Origin: Lepidodermella squamata
Taxonomy: Eukaryota; Animalia; Gastrotricha
Reading direction: 5' to 3'
NCBI GenBank assembly: GCA_047495785.1
Contig: JBLDXI010000003.1
Location: forward strand, 4,216,001-4,280,000
DNA: 64,000 nt
In this document: one piece after another, positions 50,927-64,000 of the stretch
Position numbering within the stretch: position 1 is the first letter of the stretch
Layout of the letters: every line of letters starts with the position of its first letter
Position numbers and translations under genes: made by a program
The notes under the pieces: model-generated
Seen by the model: the letters and a program-made list of their open reading frames with translations, nothing else
What the model was told of the DNA's origin: nothing
Databases searched by the model: none

Positions 50927-53162
50927 ATAATTCTAAGATCATTGACTGTTTCACTTCTACATTTCCTATTGTCACGTGGATCGGAAAATTCGATTCCTTT
51001 GATATATTTTAACTTACTATATACTACATCTCCGGTGAATGTAAAACTCAAAAATGCGCAACTGGTACAGCAAGTCATATTATTTAATAAACTGTCTGAG
51101 CTAAAGGAGAAGGTTGTAATTATTGGAAATATCCCCGACGACCAGAAACAATCGCCTGAAATAAATCACTGTCTAATGGAACGTGGGAATAACAAAATCC
51201 CACGATAAATATACATCAAGCGTCAACTCTAAATTCCTCTCTCAAAAACCGCCCATCACCGCCCATCACCCATTCACAATAAGTCCAAGTCGACGCAAAT
51301 CCCCGCCAACCATTCAAAACGCTGAGCAAGTTAGCGGTCCTATCACCATTTCTTCAGCGCGAAATTTGCCGTGCTGAATGTGTCAAGGTGAAATTCGATC
51401 TCAGTTCGAGACATAACGCGTTGAATCTAGTTGAGATCTTCGAACAGAACAGTCAATTTGACCGGATCAGCTTTGGTTGCGTGAGCACAGGCCAAAGGTG
51501 CTTCCGATCATTTTTCTCACTTCATGGATTATTCGTGACATGTAATAAATTGCCCTGGCTCCTGGTTTGAACCCCTTTCGCAAAAGCACCAGACTTTACT
51601 TATGACTTGTGACCAGGAATGCGCATTTCAACATCCCAGATCCCCGATGTAAAGAAATTTGGAACCTGCCCAATGCGGCGCACTACTGACTAGGTCTATC
51701 GGCTAGGCATGGTGTCTCTTTCAACATATAACTAAAACCCAAGTCAATAAGAGTGGAAGTATACCTATTCTTCAGGAATCATTGAACCAGCGCGTAACTT
51801 CCAGACTTGCGCAACCACATAGTTTCATGCAACACAAACTACTTTTAATTTGTTGTTAAAATAATATAAATAATTTAAAATATATGATTAGTACTGATTA
51901 TGTATAAATATTATAAATTATGTTGTCTTTCACAGTATTTCCGCTTTTCAAAACCGCCCGCGGCTCCTTGGCGTCTTACGGCTTTTGAGTTTTGGCATCA
52001 ATCTTCTAGATTTTAGACTGGCCCTTGGGACAATATCTGCGCAACGCCCTTAGCACATAGCACATAGACTGACTAAAGGTCCACTGTATGTTCTGTTTTC
52101 TGTTACCGGTTACCGGTCACTCTTATAACGACCACGATCACGCGACCGCTATTTAAGATGGAGCTTTGCTCAAGCCGTGCATTTAAGACTACTTGCGTCT
52201 ATGAACCGGTAATTGGCGCTTGGCAGTAGTATTCTATTCGTATCATTTTCGCGTGGTGTTACTTGTTTATTTTCGTATGTTCCTGCTTTTCCAATCATGA
52301 CTTGGAAATGCCCACTTTCCCGTTATTGCAGCCTTTAGAGCGTAAGTCGTGTTGAGTTATCCGTTTACCGTAGCTTACTGTAGGGGGTAGCGGGTTAGAC
52401 CTAATGTGTAATATGTCATATTCAGGAATCATATCCACATACAACATACAGTCATCTACCATGCTAGCTCAATAAAAGATATGTCTTGGACCGGTTCATG
52501 AGCCTCGAAAACTTCGTCGCCAGAAATCTGGAAAGAGCTGGTTACACAAAATGAATTGCATGGACTTACAACCAGGCAGCTTCTTCAATCTCTCGGAAGC
52601 CCTGATATTAGTGGGATTTTACATATTGCATGGTTAATTCCAACGTTAAATCTGATCCTATGAATTGGTTTTATATTGTGTGTTATTATGTGAGCTCCCC
52701 ACCTACCACCATTGACAGGCATTATAACGTTCAGGCCTCTTATGACCCATGAAACTTGTTATCTTAGTTCGAAAAAGTAACAAAACTGGCTGCCATCCAC
52801 GCAATATGCATCGGTGTCAGTACAGTACCGATTATCAAAGCCAAGACCCTTTCGGATTCCTTTTTCGATTTTTTTACTGAAGCTCCAATGATCTGTAGCG
52901 CCGGGCCTTTCACAAATTCAAATTGCAAAACATTGGACTAGTTCAATCTTCGCTGTTTTTTGCGCTCCTAAATCACCGCACGCTTCCCTAATAGCTTGAT
53001 GTTCCGGCGATGTGTATGCACTGCAGTAACGCCCTCAACCTGTCAAACTTCTCCCATAAAGTAATTCGTTGGGCTTCAATAAGAATATTCCTCTTTTTCA
53101 ATCTAGGATTGATGTCATTGTTTATGCCTGGCTTAATTTGTTAATGTCTTGGCGATGATGAC

Positions 53163-56100
53163 ATGGGCAATTGTTTGAAATCGAGCGAGTCATCTGGTAA
53201 TCGTGGCAAGCACGTCCCCTACAAAACTCGTGCATTTAGTGGCGAATCTCCATCATCATCCGGAGATACGCATCCCACACCATCCGACAGTGCTGCTGCT
53301 TCTGTCAGAAGCAATGTCCTTGGAAATTCTCATTCCAATGCTTTGATTCTTCAGAATGGATCTCTGCAGTCGGCGAACTTCTTTAAAGACAGCAAAAGCA
53401 ACGGAAGCGGTTTAATCGGCAATAATAGCACGAGCAATGCGTTTGGTATGTTCAATCCAATTTGTTTGTTTATATTAGCAATTTTGCTTCTCGCTGGCAA
53501 ATTTTATTTGGTTGAAAATCGGTATTAATGTGGTGGCGTTAGGTCATTTGAGGTTATGCTTTCCATTCGCTATCAGCGGTACTCTTATTTATCATGCAAG
53601 CGTAGTTGCCATGACATTTGCGTTTGCCTTTTATTAAGCTTTCATGCCGAACACAAATTGCTATCATTTCTCGTGGCGACAATAGCAACCGTAACATATG
53701 AAAAGTGCATTGGTTTTGTTGTTATTGTTGCATTGTGCATTTGTTGCTACGCGGCGGCAGTGTCCTGGTGGCCGGATGGAACTTCCACTGAACTCTCATA
53801 GTCCTCATTACTGGGTACTTCAAGTGAGTAATAGCCGTGAGAGCTTTGGTGATATACGAGCTCAGGTGGTATAAACGTAGTAGTACTATTTAGTTGGTCA
53901 AGCAAATAGTGTCAGAGAAAGAGAGATAGGAGGGACTCGCCTCTCTACCAGGATCTAGGCTGCTGTTTTATTGTCGTTATTACGGTCGCGTTTGATGACG
54001 TCTTAGATCTTACCCGTCTCCTCGCTCTGGGTAAATGACCGCGTATGGGTTCGTTTGCTGGTTCATTACAGCGTTGCCTTGTTCAAATTTCTCGGACCGT
54101 TGTTGCTGTGCGCGCGCGCTCGCTTGCTCGATGTGTATTTACTGTTTCCTGCGTAGCGCCATGGCAAGGCCTTCCATTTAGTACAACTACGACTACCTAC
54201 AATTGTGTCGTCATCGCTTTCACCTAAAACTACGTCGCCCATCCGCTTGTTTGGCTAGCCCGATGCGAAAAGTCAGAGCCGTCGCGAGTTGCCGTTTCGC
54301 GACTCGCGCGCGCATTGCGTGTGTCGCCTGCGCGCGAGCAGATGTTGTTTGTGGCGAGCGAAAGAATAAACACAAAAATTTACATTTCTACATGTTGTTA
54401 TTTATTAGAAGGCGACGACGGTGTGAAAATACATCTTTTCCTTCATTCACCTTGCATGAGGCGGATAGGCTAATACTGTAATGACTCGAAAGGTTAGTTG
54501 CTCGCTTTTATCGCGCTCGCTCGTGCGACACAATTGCGCTGCGGAAAAAGTGCGGTAGTAAATAATAAATCAATACTGGTGGTTTCGTCATCACTGCCGC
54601 TTGCATGTGGACGTTGCAGATTCGGTGTTATTTTAACATTACCAACCACTGTTTTTGTCACGCTTCAAAAGGCAGCGACTTTTTAGCACTTGCATTATTA
54701 ATGAATATCGCCGCCTGAAAAATTTGTAGTTGTTCGTTAGTTTTGACCCGGCGCGTGCGGTGCGGCAAACATACCTATCCACCTGCCATGCTTGCCGACA
54801 TTCCGAGACGTTCAAGTTGTGTTATTGTTCTTATTATTACTACGGCGCGCGCGCGGCTGGTGATGTTATGTTTGGCGGCGAGTTAAATTTAGCGAAAAGA
54901 TAGACGCACCACGCTCCTAATTTGTAACGCGCCGGGGCTTTCACACAAAATAATTTCCATCTGTGGCCCGTGAAATCCCGACGGCGTCTCTGCCTCGCAC
55001 GTATTTCACGCTGAAGTGCCTTGCCCTCGCGTTTGTTTGGGTATTACCAAAGACCCCACCTTAATGTTTGCAGAGAAAACTGAGTTGTAAGATTTCAAAT
55101 TAACTCATTAGTTCCTGTTTCGCGCCACTTGTCTCGCGCTTTTTATTGCCGCGAGGTAACACGCGTTAATTAAGAATGAAAACGAAGAGTGTATAATAAC
55201 AAGAAGCTGTCAGGGCGCTGATGAGAAAATTAATCGATTTGTGTTTTGTTTGTGTATTAAGGCGGACGCAAACCGGCGTGTACGTGGTTCACAGCGCTCT
55301 ACGACTTCACACAACGTGCCGATGAAGAGGTCTCGTTCAAAACAGGCGACATTCTCGAGGCGAAGGCGAATTCGCGCGAAGAGAAAGGTTTCGTCTATGT
55401 TTTCAACCCGCGAACGGGTATGTCCGGTTGGGCGCCGATCAACTATTTGGCGGAAGACACGCGGCAACCGACAAGTCAAATGTACACAAACATTGAATGA
55501 AAATGATAATAATATTGAATTAAAATTTTGTTCGTCACATCAGATACTATTTCAACGTTAACCGCCGCAAGGCTGAAATTATGCTGATGAGACCAAATTT
55601 GTTTACGGGCACGTTCATTTTGCGGCCGTGCGCCGACCAGTCGGGCAACTACTTTGCGCTATCCGTTCGCAATGTTGACGAACGTGGCATGCCCGAAGTC
55701 AAACACTACAAAGTGCGCATGATGGACAACAACTACGGCTGCTACATCTCTCCGAAACGCACCTTCGATGACATCAGACGACTTGTAGATTTCTACTCAA
55801 GTACGTTTCAGTGACCTAATAAGTGACCTAATGAGGGCGCACAGACAAAAATTAAACACTTGAGAGGGAAATTCGCCGGGATGAGAAAGGAAAAATATTC
55901 AAAGCAAATTCGACGAGATACGAAATTTAAGGTGGATTTTTAATAATATTTTAATTTTCATTATTTTTTCTACAGCAAATAACATTCCCGGTATGTGCCG
56001 TCTAACTCAGAGCTTTCCTCACAATCCCCCGCAAGTACCGCTGCGTGACCTGAACATCCCGAAGGACCAAATCCAGCTAATCGACCGGCTCGGCCAGGGC

Positions 56101-57015
56101 AATTTCGGCGAGGTGTGGAAGGGCCAGTGGAAGACGCTGACCTGCGCCGTCAAGATGATCAAGTCGTCGAACAACAACGGCTCTGCGTCGAGTCCCACCT
56201 CGGACGACATGCTGATCACGGGCGACGGACTGCTGGCGGAAGCTGTCACCATGTCGGCGCTCTTCCACGACAACCTCGTCAAAATCATCGCCGTCTGCAT
56301 CGACGAGCCGCCGTTTTGGATCGTCACCGAACTCATGAACCGCGGCTCACTGCTCGACCTGCTGCGGTCGACCGAAGGCCGGCAGCAGCTCCGTTTCCCC
56401 GGCATGATCGACTGCCTGTACCAGGTCTCGTGCGGCATGGAATACCTCGAGCGCATGAAATTCTTGCACCGCGACCTTCGGGCCGCCAATGTCCTCGTCA
56501 ATGTCGACCACCCTCCTGCTTACGAGATCAAAATCGCCGATTTTGGCCTCGCTAGGCTCCTCGAAGAAGACGTCTACGAACCGAACGGCCGTGGCACGCG
56601 CTTCCCCATTAAATGGACAGCGCCCGAAGCTGCGCTGTACCGCCGCTTCTCGACAAAATCCGACGTGTGGTCGTTTGGCGTTCTCACGTACGAAATCGTC
56701 ACGTACGGAAAAACGCCCTACCCTGGAAAATCAGCGCAAGAAGTCATCGATTTCGTGGAACGGGGCGGCCGCATCGCGAGAGACGAATGTCGCTCCGAAG
56801 AGCCGCCTATGCAATGTCCCGAGCACCTCTATAGGGTGAGTAGTGCCATTTTTCTGCTGAAATATCAACTGATTTTTGTCTTTAATTTTTATCAGATAAT
56901 GCTGACATGTTGGCACCGCGAGCCAGACAAGCGGCCGACTTTCGAATTTTTACGCACGATATTCGAGAATTATTTCGAATCCACAGAAAGCCAGTACCGG
57001 GAAGCTCCGACCTAA
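53163..57015 (+). CDS. Src-family tyrosine kinase
   Basis: MGNC acylation motif, SH3 (ALYDF), SH2 (FILRP), GQGNFG, HRDLRAAN, FPIKWTAPE, C-terminal ESQY; 60-nt intron 56836-56895. Confidence 0.95.
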
Positions 57016-59228
57016 GATTTGCTGCTCCTTATATTTCGCTCTTTGTATCTCTATCCGTCTCTTTTGAAAGCTGGGCAAATGCGTCAATACCGCATTTTAT
57101 TAGTAATATATTTGTGAATCGATTTTTTCTTTTTTTCGAAAGAGTCAAACTCGCCACATTTCTTTTCTCAATAAAAAAGGGTGCGTAGCGCTTCTTGAAA
57201 CAGCAATGAATGACTTAATTGCTCCTTGAAAATTCCAAGCTTTTATGAACCTTCGCGAATCTCGTTTTTTCATGTCTTTTTCATGAGTGTTTTGTTTTGT
57301 TCCCGCTCTCACCGATAAACTGTAATAAGAATATTTAACAGCAACTATGAACCTCACGCATGCAATTGTTCTTTGGCAATGACGACGTCGACGACGAACT
57401 TTTACAATTGGGTATTAAAATAATAATAATAATGTGAAAAATCTCTACATTCCTCATCCCGCAAAGGCGCTTCTTTCTCCCCTTTCGCTCCGACCGTTCC
57501 GTTTTTGTTATTTTATCCCTACAGTTGTTATATATTTATATTGCAGTTGGACGTGAATCATCAATGTTATAGCGCACTTGTCTTGCTGCTTTCTCGCAAT
57601 TTGTATCGGCCCTGGAAAAATTGTTGTGTACAGAAGCCGAAGATCGATTATGAACTGATGATTGCTTTGTCAATATATGCATTTTTTCTACCTGCAGAGT
57701 TTGCTTTTCACGTTGCTACTACAAAGGGTCCACAAGCTAATTATTATCAAACCGACACTGTGTATTTGTATAAAACACACGATTACGGCAAAAATGTACT
57801 TGAAACATTGTTGTGAGTGAATGAAATTGATTTTTTTCCATGAGAGTTCATTTTGCATCTAATCTCACCTGTTTTTACTTGATGTTTTGTAAAATTATAT
57901 TATATTACATTGCGTTTGATTTGTTGTTTTTATCTTGATGATGCGGTTTTCCAAATCAATGCAAACACTTGTTGTTTTGTTTCTTTGTAAGCGAAGCCTT
58001 GATTTCGAGGAAAAAATCGAGGCAGAAATTCAACTCTGATCAAGTATAATTATTCACGGCCTCCGGCTCATCGTGTTCGTTGTGGTTTGCTCTCTTTCTA
58101 TTTTCTTCTTCTACAATAACAATAACAACAACTCTTCTCGCGTTTCATGCTATTCTATTGCGCTATTGCTATAGATAATTTTTAACGATATCTATGCGAT
58201 CTATTATTAAAATTATACAATTATTATTGTTACGACTGGATCTGATTTCGGATGATAATGATGAAATATTATATGAAAATATGCAGTGGAAAGCATACGA
58301 AAGTGGCCATAAAATGAAAATAAATGACAAAAAACGTGAACAACTGCGGTTTTCGTGACTTCAAGACGTAAGATGAAAATGTGAGAGAAAAAAATCGATT
58401 ATTTAACGTGTCGACTGGTTGAATAGGAGTCATGAATCATATCCCATCCCACTCATTCCGGTCTGTGTCGCTATATAATAACACGCTGAGGGTTATTTGC
58501 AGCTCAATTTAAGCCTCAAGTTAACTTGTTTTGATTGAAACTCAGGTCGACATTTTTTACCTGCTTGAGCTGTTTACTACTAATCGAGTGCGTTCTGCGC
58601 ACGAACTCTCGGATTTTCCGGAACTTTTACGCAGTCTCCATTTACCTGCCGTATAAACCGGATCGTCTTTCCAGTAAACGGGACTCGACTGCGTATCTTT
58701 TTATAGAACATCTTGAGGCTATAAAACGTGATTCATTAGAGACAACTTTCGATTGTTTGATGAGTCGCCCGTCCTTAGAAAAGAAGCCTCGTATAGACTT
58801 AATCCGGAAGTCGCCTTCTGCATACTCTGATATATAGAAAAGCGGCGCGAAGTTTGTAGAGGCGGTAAATACGAATTTACTGCACCTCATCGGCTCTAAG
58901 CTGTATTCAGGTCGGCGACAAATCTAGAGGCTTTCACTACCGTATAGTGCATATTATAGACGTGTTATGCGCTTTAAAACCAGGCTATAGCAATAGGTAT
59001 GCAATATGCTTTATGAATAAAGGTACACAAAGGCATTGCCGTGTTTTGCGCGGGTGATGCAAAGTAAAAAAAGCTACGAGCGTGAATAATAGTAAATGCT
59101 ATATAATCATCAGCCGCGTTCGTGTAAAAATAAGACACACTCTTGCATGCTGCGATCTTTTATATAGGCTTCATCATATTATAACATACCTGGCTGCCTG
59201 CTCTGTGGCCCGGAAAGAGCAGCAAAAT

Positions 59229-60642
59229 ATGCGCCAGAAACCATTACGATTCGGGGGTGCCAATTTGCCCGCAGTCGCTATTATTTTCGAGTTGTTGCTA
59301 TTTTGCATCTTCCATTTTGCTGAAACTGGCGCCGCACGAATTGGTGGCGGCGGTCGAGGTAATAAGCTTGTTTTTATCCTGTAATTTTACCAAATTTCTT
59401 GGAAAACAAATTAGTCTCCGCAAACATCATTAACTTATTCCGCTGCTTGTTTCATTTCAGTCGGAGGCGGCAGCGTCCGGGTTGGCGGCGGGTTTAGTAG
59501 CTCAGGAGGCAGCCGAAGCAGCGGATCTTTTGGCTCCGGCGGCCGGGTGGGTGGAGGCAGTAGCGGTTCTAGTGCAGGTGCATATAGGCGACCGAGCGCC
59601 TTCACGCCAAGTGCCAAAACCAGCTACGCCCCAACGGCTGTGAGAACAACAACGTACGGCCGATCTGTCGTCACCTACCGGTCCATTCGCCCCGTATCGT
59701 ACGGCTACTCTGTTCCGGTCCTCGTCTCACCTGTCGTCTATCGACCTATTTTTCTGCCGACACCTTACTTTTTCTACTATCGCCCATTCTACTTCTACCA
59801 TACCCATTATTACTACTACAGTGGCAGTTATTACTATTACCCTAACACAACCCCAACGCCTGGAACTCAGCCGTCGAGCGACGTCCTTCCGATACGTATG
59901 CTTTACTACTTTTTTCAAATAATCGGCTAATTTTATGTAATTCAGGTGCGATATTTGCTAATTTGGGCGAACATTGTGCGAAGTATCCGGAATATGGCAT
60001 TGACGGCCAGGAAGAATACATAATTACCGGACTTGCTCCAAACACCACGAGCCAGTCTAATGCAACTTCCGGCTCGAACTCGACCACGCCTGTGGTCATA
60101 ACGACGGCTGACTGTAATTTCAGCATGATGGGGCCAAAGGATTCTCTTCTTAGAATCGTTTTTAATACAACCAGCTGTCGACGCTGGCCGGTTGGATGTA
60201 AAATTGTTATCACAGATGTTGGCGACATTGGCGATGACACTTCAGATGATGACGTTCCGGATCCGATACTGGTAAATAACCCCGTTAAATTTATTTAGCT
60301 CATCATTTTCGGGATGCACCTTGCCTCGATATAACTTCTCTAATTTGTTGAATTTTTATTACATAGCTGACGATGAATTCAAATATGGACTTATCTTCGC
60401 TAACGATCCGCGGGGATGGAGTATGCACGAAAGAAGTTTTCTCGGTCTCCAACCAAATAGCTGTCAATTTCACGGCATGCCCGAGTGACGCGGCCTTGAA
60501 TTTCGACTACTCCATAGGCGTTGAGGTGGCCGTGGCCGTCGACAGTGCCCACCTCCACGTGCCTTCACTCTTCTGCTTGCTCAACATGCTGATAGTTATT
60601 CTTGGCTGTCGTTTCAAGCAATTGAAAGTTTCAACTGAATGA
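59229..60642 (+). CDS. secreted, probably GPI-anchored protein: G/S/R-rich, Y-rich, CUB-like domain
   Basis: Exons 59229-59358, 59461-59894, 59946-60271, 60367-60642 join in frame; signal peptide and hydrophobic C-terminus. Confidence 0.7.
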
Positions 60643-61190
60643 ACATTGAATTTCGCTATATTTTGACTAACTGATTGACTCTTCCGGTGTTTATCAAGTT
60701 TCCGAATAAAAAATGTGCCGATGTTCTAATATCATTGGAGCGTTTATATGTGCACAAAAATTGGCATTCGTAAATCGCGATCAGGCGAATTTTTCAACTA
60801 TAATGGAATGTCTTAATATAACCTGCAAAGCCAAGCCTGCGCTACGATAACAAGGGAGCTCAATTTTTAAGCTTGAAATGCGTGTCTTAATTACAGCGAT
60901 AGCCTTGTTTTGGCTTGAAATGCTCCATCGCAGGAGAATCAATATAACCCAAATAAACTCTTTTTCACAGGTTTCAATTATTCCACTAATCAATCGTTGG
61001 TATCGGCATCATTCCCAAGTCCTAATCTGGTATCTATCGGTCTCGGACGAGAAATAAGAGCAGGCTCTTGATTTTGATTTTTCAAACGACAAACGCAGAG
61101 GAAAAATAAACGCAATTTTAAAATCGGTTCATTTATTTTAGAAACCACCAACAAAATTGAGATGAAGGCACCAGCATCTTATTATTATAT

Positions 61191-62209
61191 TTATTGCCCC
61201 GCAGTAAATAAACTTTGCAAAAATGAAGCGGAATGGCCCGCTGATTTTGAAGCCTGATGCGGTTTATTTTTTCCTTTCTTTGATGCAGCCAACCGTTCTT
61301 CTTCCGGTTTGTTCTGGTTGTATTCCCATCGCCGCTTTCGAACGGTTTTCGCTTGAGCAGTGGTGTCTGAGCCGTCGACTTTGGTAGCTTCACCAGCGCC
61401 ATCTTCGTCGGGTTTATCACTCTCATTTTTCATCCTCTTCAGTTTCTCGCTGAAATTTAAGTGATCAGCAAAAGATTGAGCTTCGCGTTTCGCCTGGCCG
61501 ACTTCCAGCCTTAGTCTATAAACCAAGAAAAATGATTAAAAACAAGTATTCAAAGATATTGAAATTCAAACCGTTTGTTTTGGACGGCCTTTTCGTAGGC
61601 CATGCGCTCGTTCAGATGAGCCCACTTGAAACCGGATAAATATTTAATATTCCATATTTCTTCCGCCCACGGATGCCTGCGTTTGCCGCCGACTTGCTGG
61701 TTGTTCAACTCGGCCGCAACTTGCTTGGCAACACTCTTATCAGTGAATTCGAGCCAGCCTTCAGAAAATTCTCTAATATGGCTATTTTTCCGCTTCCCTT
61801 TCTTTTCCGTATCCGGCTGTAGATATATCCGACCGACAATGCCAAACTGTTCGAAATACTGTCTGACAAGCTTCACGTTCATTCGTGATGGGATACGCGA
61901 CAAGTAGATAACTCCACATCGAGCTGAAGGGTCATCGTTGTCATCGTCATCGCTGGAAGACTCCGCGCTGCTGGATTCTTCGGAATTCTGCTCGGTTCCC
62001 GATTCCTCCTCATCGTTATTTTCCGGCTCAGAGCCAGATTCGTCGGCAGATTGCTCATCAGACGATTGCTCTAATGATTGGTCTTCGGACTGTGTTTCGT
62101 CTTCCTCTTGTTCTTCCTCGGCATCTTCTCCGGAATCTTCATCGTAACTCTGTAAGGAAGTTTCGCTATCAGGCTCCTCATCGTCACTAGTCGCCTTTTT
62201 TAACCTCAT
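61191..62209 (-). CDS. ABT1: activator of basal transcription 1 / ESF2
   Basis: Acidic N-terminus, GVIYLSRIP, FSEGWLEF, WNIKYLSGFKWAHLNE; 2 exons. Confidence 0.93.
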
Positions 62210-62613
62210 TTAATAAAATCACTAAGAAAATGAAGTTCAAATTTGCAAGTCTGAAGTTGAAGATTTAAACCGGAACGTCAGCAATTTATCGCTGGAAATG
62301 CAGTTTTCGTTTAAAATTACCACATACCGTTAAAAATGTCCACTCAATTTTTTATTTCACATTTTGCTAATAGTTGTAGGTAGTAAAATTACTGGTGCAA
62401 TAAATTAGGGATGAGATCTTTGAATATCACATTGAAGAATTAATTCTCAGGCAAGAAACAAAAACTGATCACAGGCTTTTGATTTTCGGATCAAATGAAG
62501 AGCAGTTGGCGAACATCGTAACAAAAATCAGTCAAAAGCATGATATAAAAGCTATCACAGATGCTAAAACAGATCGTCTCGTTTTCTACGGAGAGACACG
62601 CCAACTCGTTGCA

Positions 62614-64000
62614 CTAGTACTTTTTAGAGACGAAAGTGATTGATTTCGTGGCAACTATAGTTCTACGGTTGGAGACATCAGGCGATTCATCGTCGACGTC
62701 GCTGTCATCACCTCTAACGCTGTTCTCCTCGCTAGGGCTCGAGCTGGACGAAGAGCTTTCGTCACAGCTGGTACCGAGACCGATATTTCGAACAGCGCCC
62801 GAAACGTTCAATCCCAGCCGGGCTGCGGTGAGGTTTGAAGGAGTAGCCGGGTAAGAAGATCCGGATGCAACCGATGCGGCGCCATTCACGTTCTGTTGTT
62901 GCTGCTGGACGGCCATCAGCGCCTCGCCATACCTGGTGTTCGGCATGGGGCAGCCTCCCATCGAAGCGAGGAGGGGTTCGAAGCACCGGCAGAGGTCAGA
63001 TCCGATTTCCTGCAAGTGAACCGGGGTTACTTGCTGACCTCGATAAGCGCCCTGGTCGAACCCGCAGAATGTAGCCTCCAGGGTGTAAGCCGCGATTATT
63101 CCGACCTGGCGCCAACAAACGACTCGAGCAGTTGGTTCTTTCGCCCGCTCGATCATGAAACAGCAGTCCTGAATGCTGAAACCTGGGCTGGTTGTCGCGA
63201 GCAGGCACGGCAGCAACCGCCACCTTGAGTCCTCCTCGCCGGTGACTGGGTCGACAGCTGGGTTGGCCAGATCTCGACGCCGCCACGATTGGTTGGGTGA
63301 GCAGCCGAGGACAAAGACATTCTTCTTACGAGAATGGCCGTGGAAGTCGACGAACGTTAGAATTTGGCGACGTCTGAAGCGCAGCCACGCTAGCAGGCGT
63401 TTACAGTGGAAAATCGACGGCGCGGTGATGGGCGACGGTCGAGTCCATGAACGGTTGAGGTCATCGCCGTAAAGAGAACACCGGTGATTGCCGTTTAATA
63501 CACCATCCACGTTCAGCATTGGAACGATTTTGAAAATGAAACCCTGCCGGCACCTCCGAGCAGACTGCGTGTCGCTGAGAAGGAAATTAAGCACTCCCCG
63601 CATCATCCAACTGCTATTGCTTTCACCTATAGGGGAAATGAAATGAACCACCTTAACAATTCGTAGCAAAAAAAACCTACCAGGATGAACTCGAGATGTT
63701 AGCACTACATACGGCCGTTGTTGCTGAGACTTGTAGGCCGCATTGGACGTGAGGGAAGCTAACAGGGCGGGCATGCCGTTGTTATTGTTTGACAGCGACG
63801 ACTGTTGCTGAATTCCCGGCAAAGACGACGAAGAAGAGGACATTGCAGGGCTCAATGTTGACGAAGTGATCGTAATTATTGGCACGGCATTAGACATTTC
63901 TGATGAACACAGCGTTTGGCAGGTGTAATAGACATCACGCGGCAGGACGCGGTTCTGAATCAATTCAAGCTCGTACATCAACGCGGTATAAGAATACGGG
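62614..64000 (-). CDS. cytosolic carboxypeptidase (AGTPBP1/Nna1-like), 5'-partial
   Basis: SRVHPG|ESNSSW, KIVPMLNVDGV…GNHRC…DLNR, DFHGHS, YTLEATF; in-frame 54-nt intron 63627-63680. Confidence 0.9.
   Translation of the reverse strand, partial: PYSYTALMYELELIQNRVLPRDVYYTCQTLCSSEMSNAVPIITITSSTLSPAMSSSSSSLPGIQQQSSLSNNNNGMPALLASLTSNAAYKSQQQRPYVVLTSRVHPGRFFLLRIVKVVHFISPIGESNSSWMMRGVLNFLLSDTQSARRCRQGFIFKIVPMLNVDGVLNGNHRCSLYGDDLNRSWTRPSPITAPSIFHCKRLLAWLRFRRRQILTFVDFHGHSRKKNVFVLGCSPNQSWRRRDLANPAVDPVTGEEDSRWRLLPCLLATTSPGFSIQDCCFMIERAKEPTARVVCWRQVGIIAAYTLEATFCGFDQGAYRGQQVTPVHLQEIGSDLCRCFEPLLASMGGCPMPNTRYGEALMAVQQQQQNVNGAASVASGSSYPATPSNLTAARLGLNVSGAVRNIGLGTSCDESSSSSSSPSEENSVRGDDSDVDDESPDVSNRRTIVATKSITFVSKKY

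Noticed and set aside
50942-53100. Short ORFs and possible decayed transposon
   Set aside because: No transposase or RT motifs and no terminal repeats recognised
58535-58890. 100-aa and 82-aa ORFs
   Set aside because: No recognisable motif, and the plus-strand ORF has a non-ATG start
1-64000. tRNA, rRNA, CRISPR array, hammerhead ribozyme or SL RNA gene
   Set aside because: None recognised by eye; the CTGATGA hits lack hammerhead stems; a covariance-model scan is needed to exclude them

Overview
Gene-dense window from a compact animal genome. It uses the standard code and GT-AG introns, many of them about 45-60 nt. About 29 protein-coding genes can be modelled by hand. Recognisable ones are SMAP ArfGAP, DNAJB, CYP2, RASSF8, CPSF73, TYW2, an SR protein, a C2H2 zinc-finger protein, CUSTOS, MED21, cyclin C, amphiphysin, PHPT1, CDK2AP1, DPH7, AHA1, a fucosyltransferase, DNase I, a CXorf65-like protein, SAS-6, RRM2, a TBC1D2-like protein, Src, ABT1 and a cytosolic carboxypeptidase. 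Three things stand out. (1) A tandem trio of three-exon secreted precursor genes at 754-3436 is visible only after splicing. All three end W-[LV]-[GQ]-F-G-[KR]-stop, a candidate undescribed WxxF-amide neuropeptide family. (2) Long co-oriented gene runs have 43-165 nt gaps and splice acceptors without evident donors just before the ATGs, suggesting operons resolved by SL trans-splicing. The longest run is up to 11 genes (12155-28582). (3) The CDK2AP1 stop abuts the DPH7 start directly and in frame (TAA-ATG). Exon models and protein identities come from manual reading and remembered family motifs; no database search was run.
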